Assembly (NCBI GenBank): GCA_026026165.1
Contig: JAPEUD010000110.1
Location: 1-52,138, forward strand
Direction of reading: 5' to 3'
DNA: 52,138 bases
From: Sarea resinae
Taxonomy: Eukaryota
The stretch's first letter is position 1, and each line of letters starts with the position of its first letter. The notes under the pieces were generated by a model. It was not told where the DNA came from, did not search any database, and was given only the letters and a program-made list of their open reading frames with translations. Positions 37,370-47,516 of this stretch are shown piece after piece. Both the position numbers and the translations under genes were made by a program.

Positions 37370-37641
37370 GCCATTTTCGTCATAGCTATCCCCGAAATCC
37401 TCGTACTTCATACACTTCCATTGCGTCTTTCGCCATGTCCCCAGGTCAAGACGCATCATAACCACTCACCCACTCAGTTCTGCCCCCGACCCGCGCAGAG
37501 CACACCGACGGTAGAAGCAGCTTCGGCTTTGGATATTATCTGCTCATTCGTCCCAGACCATCGCGACGGCGGCAGGCGAACAGACCGCTGCAAGTTGTCT
37601 TTCAGCATCATCCAAACGCCTCTTGTCAGCGCGGAGTGATC

Positions 37642-38466
37642 ATGTCCGTCTCCTCAACAGCAGGAGAGACAGCGTACCAAGCTCGCTCACTTGTGAGTAT
37701 TACCCGCGGTTGTGGCGTGCGTTGCGGCGCAGTTGCCACGCCGTTTACCTGCCAGCCCATCGGCCTTCTATGTTTCTCGCCATCAAAGCTTGATGCCAAG
37801 TACTGATCCGCCGAGCGCTAGTACCGTTCACTTCTGAGACAGTCACGGCAATTTGCTGCATACAACTTTCGGGAATATGCGAAGCGAAGGACCAGAGATT
37901 CTTTCCGAGAACACCGAGAGGAAAAGGACGAGAGGCGGATACAGGAGCTGATCCAGAAGGGTTTGAAGGAGTTACAGGTGCTCAAGGTTTGTGATGATGT
38001 TCTTTCGTGCCCCTTGAAAGGCTTGGAACTTTCCGGCGTGTATCTGGGTTTACAGAGGATGCCTGCCATATGCCGCCTAAGAACGGGGCAATTGTCTGGG
38101 CTGGCCTCTTGAGGAAAGCCTTTCAGAGAGCAGAACAGAACTAGTAATGGGCAGCGCTGGGAGCATGCTAATTTTGATAACAGAGGCAGACTGTTGTCAG
38201 TCAATTCTTCCAGCTCGATAGATTAGTCGTTGAGGGGCAAAAAACGGTTAGTCTCACATGTTCACCCATTGTAGGGTGTCAACTTCATTACCATCGGAGA
38301 TAAAATCGATCACTGACACGTGCGAATTCAGGGCAAGCAAACAGGAGAAGACGGAGGCATAGTGAGACAGAAAGATACCGGGTAAGCCTGGCAATGGCCA
38401 ACTCTCCGTCTACCCTGACGTTTGAATTCAACGATGGCTCGCTAACTTCTCGCTAGATGGGATTGA
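37642..38466 (+). CDS. ISD11: LYR-motif protein 4 / Isd11 (Nfs1 partner, mitochondrial Fe-S assembly); missed by the ORF track
   Basis: Exons 37642-37692, 37822-37986, 38184-38246, 38332-38381, 38457-38466 give [48 protein letters not shown]...[23 protein letters not shown]...DTGWD*. Confidence 0.93.
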
Positions 38467-38781
38467 CCGCATTATCGGAGGTGTTGGGGACCAAGCATAG
38501 TGACGGTGATTTCAATTGATTAAGCACGACGGCTCCTTTCTCTGAGCGTTACGGTTTTTGTACCATATGAAGGACATCATCTCTGTCGATGGAGCTGGAA
38601 GAGCCTCTCCATTCCACTCCTGAGACGAAATCTGGGCCGGATTTCCAATAGGAGTGTGTATTGTCGACGACGCGAAGCGTTCAAGGTTGCGTTTTCCTCC
38701 GCCCGAAGTCTCTTGATGAGACTCTCTGTACCTAGGAAAGACAATATCTATCGATATGTCCATCTATCTACCTTCTATTTC

Positions 38782-38810
38782 CCTACTACTACTACTACTA
38801 CTACTACTAC
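38782..38810. repeat. (ACT)n microsatellite
   Basis: Direct inspection. Confidence 0.9.
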
Positions 38811-39108
38811 GTCCCTCAGATCCAATCCCCCCAGACATATAACAATCCTGGCAATCAGTCGTGACTTTGTTCATCAAGAAGTGGAATCCAGCCAGCCCTG
38901 GAGCCCAGTGACACATTTTCGATAGAGAGCGAACAGTTGCCTATCATTATTGCCACCTACGTACTTGGTGAGCAGGCACTTATTCACTCTTCACCATTGT
39001 TCACGACAGCGCACGTACGAATTTTCTTCTCCTGTGGCTTCCTAATCAATTTCCTCTGCAACCTCTCTACCTTGCTCAACTTTTTCTGCTCGACCAGTCA
39101 ATTAATCT

Positions 39109-39157
39109 GCTACTGCGGTATATGCTGCGTTTGTCTGCTAATCACATGACCCGTGCG
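39109..39157 (+). repeat. Dispersed 49-bp repeat, copy 2 (copy 1 at 28611-28659)
   Basis: Same orientation as copy 1. Three isolated differences are C>T/G>A in this copy. Confidence 0.85.
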
Positions 39158-39338
39158 CACTGCCACACCTGTGCTCTAGTTCTATAACAGCTTGAAGACC
39201 CTCTCGCTATCTATCATTGTTGCCGCTCCCTTGGTCGAGAGAAAACAAAAGGGGGTGGTGGAAGAACTCTGTTGAGTAAGGTAGTGCGACGTGGGATTAG
39301 GTACCTGTCTATGAGGTGCTGGTGCCCTTTCCAAGGTG

Positions 39339-39402
39339 GGTAGGTAGGTACCTAGGTAGGTAGGTAGGTAGGTAGGTAGGTAGGTAGGTAGGTAGGTAGG
39401 TA
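39339..39402. repeat. (GGTA)n microsatellite
   Basis: Direct inspection. Confidence 0.9.
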
Positions 39403-39936
39403 TGTGCACGCTAGGTATGTGCACGGTATTACTGATGAGGTGGATGGATAGAGGGTTAGAGGTTTCTTCTTCTTTCATCTTCTTGAGCTTTTCCTTCACG
39501 TTCTTGTTCTGTTGTTTGCTTTCTTCTTTCCTGGCTTGTGTTTATTCGGTCGGTCCGTCGGTCGGTGGGCTTGTCGTGTGGTATTGGATATGGATGTCTG
39601 TATGTCTGCATGCCTGTATATGAATCTTATGCCTGCATGTATGCCTGTCTGTCTTCTGTCTGTCTGTATCCATGTCTGTATCCATGGAATGCATATATCT
39701 ATGTATGTCTGTACTGTTATAGCCATGGCCAGCCCTGATTGGACGGCAGTCTACCCCAAAAAATAGATAGGAAAAAAGAAACGGAACTCCATGAATAAGA
39801 TCCCGGTTGTCAGAGGAACAAACAATGAAACATGGGAAGAGGAAAAACCCAGAAGAATTTTGAAAATGAATCAATCGTGGATCGTGCACGCTGCCACCCT
39901 CGCTCGCTCGCTGTCCCGCTCGCTCCCGCGGAGCGC

Positions 39937-41220
39937 TCACGGAGCCGGATGTCGAACCCGGTCCTCATAGGCCCTCCAGCCCTCGACGCGATACCTCTCT
40001 GCCTCGGCGGCCCTGTCATCGGCGCCTAGAATGCCCCGGCCGACGATGATGACATCGCAGCCCTCGTCGAGGATGACCTTGCGGGGCGTCCGGTACTGCT
40101 GGCCGAGGCCATCGCCGCTCTGGGCCTCGCCATGGCTGTCCGCGGGCGGCAACGACACGCCAGGGGTCAGGACGAGGAAGTTGTCGTCCGGCAGCGAGTT
40201 GAGGTCCTGTTGGGCGATGAAGCCCAGCACGAAGTTGCGGTGGTCGCGCGCCATGCGCACGCACGTCGACGTGTAGTCGCCCGTCAGCAGGTTGCCGGCC
40301 GAGGACATCTGGGCGAGCAGGAGCAGGCCGCGCGCGAAGGGCGGATCGCCCAGAGCGGTGAGCGCGGCAGCTGTTTGGGCCGGCGTCGAGGGCTCCGCGT
40401 GCAGCAGGGGCGCCAGCTGGGTCGACGAGGCGGATGCCGACGGCGGCGGCGACGTCGTGTGATCGGTGCGCGATTCGATCGTCGTCGCCCGCACAATGCT
40501 GCCTTTTCGCGACGACGGGGAGCTCGTTGACGCTTGCAGGTTGGGATTCGAATCTTTGACATCGTCGCTGGATTGCGCGAGCGCGCTGCCGTCGTCGGGG
40601 TGGCTAAAGGACAATGACGATGACGAGCTGCTTGGCCGTGGCGATCCCGTGCTTATTTCCGTGCTGACCGATGCATTGATGCTGGATACAGCCGACACGG
40701 CGGCCGAGTGCAATGCTTCGACGATGGCCGGCCCAGGGAAGATGTGCGCATTGGTTATAGCGGCCCAGCGGACAATGGACAGGGGGCCCGAGGTGTATTG
40801 TTTCTGGACGGTGCCTGTTGTTGCGATTGTTTAATCAGTCGTCTTGTTCGGTTGATAGAGAATACAATTCTTGAATTAGAGAAAGGAGAAGAGAGACATA
40901 CTGCCAATGTCCCCGAATTTGCGATCCTCGAATACAAGAAATCTTTTCCTTCGCGCAATGTCACGTAGGCCTCTGACCGTGCGCTCGCCAAAGTCGTCGA
41001 TGATATCGGCGTGCGTCTTGAGCATGCATATCGAGTCGCCCACTTCTTCCGCCAGCTGGAGCAGGCCCGAGGTGGTGGTCACGTCGGCCGAGAGACATAG
41101 ATTCGTCCGCTTGATGGTGATCAGTTGCAGGAGGAAGGAGGCGAGCGGATGGGTGTTGGGGAGGGCGGCCCGGGCGAGGTAGGTTTGTGTTCGGGTTGGT
41201 GACGGAGACGGGGTGGCCAT
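39937..41220 (-). CDS. URA3: Orotidine-5'-phosphate decarboxylase (long-insert fungal type)
   Basis: TNLCLSADV, MLKTHADII, FEDRKFGDIG|STVQKQYT, RGLLLLAQMSSAGNL, TPGV, GDGLGQQYRTP and DVIIVGRGI. Exons 41220-40902 and 40814-39937. Confidence 0.95.
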
Positions 41221-41222
41221 CT

Positions 41223-41262
41223 TGGTGGTGGTGGTGGTGGTGGTGGTGGTCGTCGTCGTCGT
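41223..41262. repeat. (GTG)n/(GTC)n microsatellite directly upstream of the URA3 start
   Basis: Direct inspection. Confidence 0.85.
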
Positions 41263-42641
41263 GTGTTCGTTTGCGCGCACTTGAGCTGGCACTGGAGTGG
41301 CCGAAGGGAATCAATTCAGTATTTGAGTGAAGCTGTGAGCTCGACTGGGTGAGATGCCAAAGATGGAGGACGGGGATCCGACCGGGATTCGGCAATGGGA
41401 ATGAGAATGACAGTGACAATGGCAATGACAGTGAGAATGGGAAGAATCATGGGATTGGGAGTGGGATGGGCTCCTCGGTCGTCAATCTGGCTGGATTTGG
41501 TGTTTCGTGTGGGGTATCTTCTTCTTCGTCGTCTCCCAGTCCCGCTTTTCCGTTTTCTGTTTTCTCGCCTTGGTCGCTGCAGCACGACGACTACATCCTC
41601 GGTACGCAACTGCGTATACTGCGTATACTGCGTATGCTTGCTCCCGTAGGATACTCTAGTCCGTAAGCCTCAAATCTCCATGAACATCCATGGATCCATC
41701 ATGCCCCTATCTTCGGTGACAACTTGGAAGCTCCCTGCTCCCTGCGCCTCACGGTCACGGCCCCCGATCTTGAGGCGGTTCACGACGCCCTACTCCGGAC
41801 ACGCCCCATCGACGATGGGCGCCCCCATCGGCTTCGGCACAGGCAAAAGACGAATCCCATCCAACGCCCACCGTCCCTAGTCGCGGCGATCCTGCGCCTA
41901 CCGCTGTAGCGCCAGCTCGCCTCTGCATTTACCCAGCCGTCCGCCGTCAGCCGTCAGCCGTCAGCCAGCGAGCTTCATAGCACCCATCCATGGATATAGA
42001 GTGGATATCACCCAATGCCGCCATGACTAAGGGCTTTGTACGCAGTACTCTAACACACGTCGGCGGTGACGCGATGTAACGTAGCCATCCCCTTCCATTG
42101 GTATCCCCTACCCGCCCTCTACCGCCGTCGAGTACGCGGTACTCCGGAGTATCCTCCGTACTGCATAGCCCACGCAACTTCCTGGCGGGCTCGCGACGTC
42201 GCCTCGAAACGAAACACCATGTACCACGATCACGACCATCGCATCCGTCACGACGGTCACGACTCTCACGACTATGACGACCATCTCGCCCATGGTATCA
42301 GAGGCAGAGGGGGAAGTCAGGCCGGTATCTCATCAGCATCAGCCTTCTCAGAAGGTCTGCATGCAGAGTGCAGAATGCAGAATGCAGAATGCAGATTGCA
42401 GAATGCTCGACTCCCTACGGTGAGTAGACCGCCTTCGCCAAACCTCCCCGAATAGTCCAAGCGGCTCAGGTCCCACCTCGGTGCCTGCTGCCCCACCAAA
42501 AAATTCACTTTCGCTGGAGTAAGATGATATCGATGCCAAACCCGCTGCTGTGATTCGCACTCATGCTCAGTGCTTGATCGAGTCTCGACAGAGTCACCAT
42601 CTCCCCTTTGCCGGTCTCTTTCCCCTCCCGCAGCCCGAGCC

Positions 42642-45236
42642 ATGCATGGAGAACGGCTGCGCATCTTGATCGTCGGAAATGGAGGGAGGGAGCATGCTCT
42701 GGCCTGGAAACTCAACCAGTCGCCGCGCGTCGATGTCATCTACGTGGTCCCTGGGAATGGCGGCACCGCCAGCGGCCTCGACAAGGTCGCCAACGTCGAC
42801 GATGTGAGGCCCGACGATTACCCGGGCTTGGTGTCCCTGGCGCGGAAGCACGGTATCAATCTCGTCGTGCCCGGACCAGAAGCGCCGCTGGTGGATGGCA
42901 TCGAAGGGTATTTTCGAGCAGGTATGCCCCTGATCTGGTCTGGCCAGCCTTTTTCTCCTCTGATCCTCGTGCCTCGCAGTCGGCATCCGCTGCTTTGGCC
43001 CGTCAAAGGCTGCTGCGCAAATGGAGGGGTCGAAGACCTTCTCCAAGGATTTTATGAGCAGACATCGTATCCCGACGGCCGAATACACGAATTTCAGCAA
43101 TTACGACGCGGCAAAGGAATATTTGGACGCTGTTCAGCATAATGTGGTCATCAAAGCTAGTGGCCTTGCCGCGGGCAAAGGAGTCATCATTCCCACGACG
43201 AAACGAGAGGCGCATGACGCCCTGAAAGAAATCATGCTGGATCATGAATTCGGCTCGGCTGGGGATGAGGTAGTCATCGAGGAATTCTTGGAGGGCGACG
43301 AATTGAGTATCTTGACCTTCAGTGATGGATACACGATCCGGTCTCTACCTCCGGCACAAGATCACAAGAGGATATTCGACGGCGACCAAGGGCCTAATAC
43401 CGGGGGCATGGGTTGCTATGCGCCTACCACGATTGCTTCAGGGACCTTGATCGAAGAAATCAACCGAACGATTCTGCAGCCGACGGTTGATGGGATGAGA
43501 AAAGAAGGTTGGTGGTTTACATGCAGGGCTACAATCGAACAGCTACTGATGACGTCCTAGCTACTCCTTTTGTCGGTGTTCTCTTCACGGGCCTTATGAT
43601 CACAAAGTCGGGTCCTAAGGTCCTTGAATATAACGTGCGATTCGGTGATCCCGAGACCCAGACCTTACTTCCTCTCTTGAGCAAGGAGACGGATCTGGCG
43701 GAGGTAATGCTAGCCTGCACGGAGCATTGGCTTGACGCGGTTTCTCTCCAAATCGAACCCAAATTCGCCGCCACCGTCGTCGTCGCCGCCGGAGGATACC
43801 CGGGTTCATACGCTAAGGGGACCAGAATAGAGCTGGGCAAGGTCAATAAAAGTGAGGATACCTAGTTTGACATATCCTATGCAGAATATTGACGTCTGCA
43901 GATGCGGCTTTGTTTCATGCCGGCACAACACTTGTGGGTAGCACGCTTAAGACTTCAGGTGGCCGTGTTATTGCTTCGTCAGCAACAGCAGACGATCTCA
44001 AGACTGCCGTCGAAAAGGCGTACAAAGGGGTGGATGCTATCAGCTTCGACAAGATGCAATATCGGAAAGATATTGCTCACAAGTAAGCCTCCTTTTTTCA
44101 TATAGGAGTAAGATGTTTGCTCATGCAGTTCTATCAGAGCGTTTGGGACATCTGCGTCGAGAAAGGAGGAAGGCATGACTTATGCTGCCGCCGGCGTATC
44201 TATCGATGCCGGGAACTACTTGGTGCAACGCATCAAGTCGGCCGTGAAGTCGACGCGACGACCCGGAGCGGACGCCGAGATTGGCGGGTTCGGCGGCACC
44301 TTCGACCTCGAGAGCGCGGGCTACAGCACGCTCCCCGTGCTGATCGGCGCCATCGACGGCGTGGGCACCAAGCTGAAGATCGCGCAAGCCATCGGCAAAC
44401 AAGACACAGTCGGAATCGACCTGGTGGCCATGAACGTCAACGACCTCGTCGTGCAGGGCGCCGAAGCTCTTTTCTTCCTCGACTGCTACTCGTGCAGCCA
44501 TCTGGACGTGGACATGGCGGCCGACTTCGTCAAGGGCGTCGCCGATGGCTGTAGACAGGCCGGCTGCGCGCTTGTCGGCGGTGAAACGGCCGAGATGCCA
44601 GGCCTCTACACGGGCGACGAATACGATGCTGTTGGTGCCGCTGTTGGCGCCGTCCAGCGCGACCGCATCCTCCCCGATACGGCCAGCATGGTGCCCGGTG
44701 ACGTACTCCTCGGCCTCGCCTCTAACGGCGTCCACTCTAACGGCTTCTCGCTCGTGCGCAAGATCGTTGAGCGGCAGGGCCTCGCCTGGCACGACCCCGC
44801 GCCCTGGGATCCCGCCTCCTCCGTCGCCCTGTCCCTGCTGATGCCCACGCGCATCTACGTTCGGCCGCTCCTGCGCGTCGTCCGCAAGGGCCTCGTCAAG
44901 GGCATGTCGCACATCACAGGCGGCGGGCTCATCGAGAACATCCCGCGCATGCTGCCGGCCCATCTGGCGGCGCACGTCGACGTCTCGGCGTGGACGCTGC
45001 CGCCTGTGCTAGCCTGGCTCAAGCAAGCTGGGAATGTGTCAGCCCGCGAGTTCGGGCGCGCTTTCAACACGGGCGTCGGCATGGTCTTGGTCGTTGCGGC
45101 CGACAAGGTCGAGGAGACGGTCAGGGAGCTCGAGGATAGCGGCGAGACGGTGTATAGGATTGGTGGGCTCGTGGAACGGGACCCCAAAGAAGGCGGCGAC
45201 GGCTGCGTCTTAGCGAATCTGGAGGTTTGGGAGTAG
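42642..45236 (+). CDS. ADE5,7: Bifunctional GAR synthetase / AIR synthetase (PurD-PurM)
   Basis: ILIVGNGGREHALAWKL, VVPGPEAPL, MEGSKTFSKDFM, KASGLAAGKGV, GPNTGGMG, EYNVRFGDPETQ, TYAAAGVSID, DGVGTKL, GGETAEMPG and SHITGGG. Introns 42922-42979, 43508-43560, 43852-43901, 44083-44137. Confidence 0.96.
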
Positions 45237-45767
45237 AGAGACAGAGGGAGGGAAAGTCGGCGGCGGGGGATGGGGGGGTGGTCGAAATATTAAAACGGTT
45301 TGCTTTTCTTTGGTCCCTGTGTGTTTTGGATCCAGGGGCTATGGTGCGCTTTTTCTCGAAGATAGTTTATACTTCCACCATACCTGTACTCAAAAATGTC
45401 TAGATTGTATTTATGATCTCTTTTTTGTTCTTCGTCTCTCATGCTGACTGATCGATTGATTCATTGCTTGATTAGACTTTCTTCTCCATCAGTCTTCGAG
45501 ATACTGCTGCTTCTAGGGGATGATAAGTCATGATGGCCACGGACTCACGATGACCCGAATTTTGAACCTCATGCTAGCGATACACATATTTATTCTGCTT
45601 TTCTTTTCTAGAAGTTTGAAATACAGCTTACTTCTAGCTTCTAGGGAATGAAGGCACAGATGATTTGAATAATCGGAAAACTTTTCTGTCTAACTACTAA
45701 GCACACACACGCACGCGCGCGTCTTCTCTATCTATTTAACATATGTCTGTTTTCTATGGCACTGACC

Positions 45768-47040
45768 CTACGAGTGGGCGGCCCGCAGGTTTTCCGGCAG
45801 CGCGGCGACCTTGTCGTCGAAGAGCTTCTCGGCCTGCTGCCAGACTCGTGAGGAGCGTCTGTCCTTGAGCTGCAGCAGACTGGGCAGCAGGGCGGCGCTG
45901 AAGGCCTCGCTGGCCTCGCGCGGCAGCAGGCTCGGCAGGTGGTCGATGGAGATGACGGAGAGCGGCGGGGCGCGATCGACGGCGACGGGCACCGTCGGCT
46001 TGTCGAAGGTGGTGTTGATGTCGTAGATGGGGATCGGGTTGTGCGGGTTGGTGGTGTCGCAGCTGACGTCGCAGACGACGCTGAGGCGGCGCGCGGGCGA
46101 GGCCAGCGACGCCGCGTCGACAAAGGGCGGGATCGGATCGGAGAGGTAGATGCAGTTGACGAAGATGTCCGACTCGATGATCTCGGCGTACGGCCCCGGC
46201 TTCGCGCCCGTCTCGGCCATGTCCCACTGCACGATGTGGTCGGCGGGGATGCCGGCCTTGAGGCACAGGTCGACGGCGCCCTTGCCGCAGCGGCCCAGGG
46301 CGCCGATGACCAGCACGCGCGGCGCCGCGCCGCCGTTGGCCGCTTGGCCGGTCGCGATCGACTTCTTGACGTCGGCGATCAGGAGGTCCTCGTTCGGGTA
46401 GCTGGACACGCCCGGCAGCGGCTCCGACGACGGGTGCGCGAACTGCCACGCCCATGTCTCGACGGCGAGCGCGGCCCCCGCGAACCCGGCGTGGTATCCG
46501 AACGCCGCCACGCGCCGGCCGCTCTCGTCTTGCAGGAACTCGAGGTCGAGCAGGGTGCCGCCGCCGCGGGGGAAGCGGGACAGCACATCGGCCCAGCCGC
46601 CTTGGTTCTTGTAGCAGTGTGCGAATTGGACGTGGGTGTGCTTGAGAGGGACTTTTGGAAGGGCGTTAGCCCTTTGCGTGAGCCGTGAAAGGAGAGAGAG
46701 GGAGAAAGGACGAACAAGTCTCCTCGGGCAGCTCCTTGAGCCCGATGATGATGTGGTCCGCGGGCGCTTCGGGCCACGAGCCCTCGGGCACCAGCGTTGC
46801 GCCGACCTTCTCGAATTCCTCATCGTCGAAGATGCGCTCGGGACTGCGCTCTACGTTGACGACATAGCCGGCATCGATCAAGGCCTTGGCGGTGGTCGGT
46901 GTCACTGCAGCAGAATTGGCCCTGGTGTCAATGGGGGAGATTCATATAGTGGTGATAGCTTCAGTAGGACATAACGTACAGGCTGATCTATGCTCCAATG
47001 GCTTGCATTCCGATCGCAGGTGGATGACGGTGGGTGCCAT
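45768..47040 (-). CDS. LYS1: Saccharopine dehydrogenase (NAD+, L-lysine forming)
   Basis: HLRSECKPLEHRSA|LTPTT, IIGLKELP, FAHCYKNQGGW, LDLEFL, RRVAAFGYHAGFAG, IGALGRCGKGA, DVSCDTTNPHNP and IDHLPSLLPREAS. Introns 46979-46905 and 46715-46652. Confidence 0.95.
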
Positions 47041-47516
47041 GATGACGCGGAGGTTTAACTTTCTTTCTTCCCTTCTGTAAGAGTTAATCGGAAAAGGAGA
47101 GGGCGTGTCAGTAGGACAGCTATTTATCTACTTACCCCCGGGGCCGTCTTCTACTTGGTATGACTCTTTGAAAAACACGGACACGTGACCTTGAAGCGTC
47201 GGCCCATCGTGAGCACTCCATCGTAGATGTTAAATGGAGATAAGATAAGCGATCTTCATCAGCAAGGGGCCACACGGGCCTGTGATGGCACTTACACACG
47301 CAGCGTGTTGATACCTTCCCCCAAGCGCCATTCAGGGCAGATAGCTACTCCACATACAATCGAGAGCTCCAACCTCAACCCTTCCGCCATTCTTCCTCCA
47401 ATCCCTCAGTAAGCTCCGCAAAGTGCTGATGGAAGTGCCGACAAGCTCCTGCGGACAGTCGCCTTTGAATTGACGGCATTACGATCTACATGATTTGATC
47501 CGAAGAGGCAAAGGAC

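Noticed and set aside
37991..38183. Box C/D snoRNA in ISD11 intron 2 (GTGATGA present)
   Set aside because: No box D (CTGA) was found near the 3' end, so it is kept only as a generic structured-intron candidate.
39182..39940. Several short ORFs in the ISD11-URA3 spacer (also 195-753, 28059-28625, 41316-41666)
   Set aside because: They are translations of microsatellite or low-complexity intergenic DNA.
40340..40700. ~100-aa Ser-rich insertion in OMP decarboxylase
   Set aside because: A long variable insert at this position is known in many filamentous-ascomycete pyr4/URA3 proteins.
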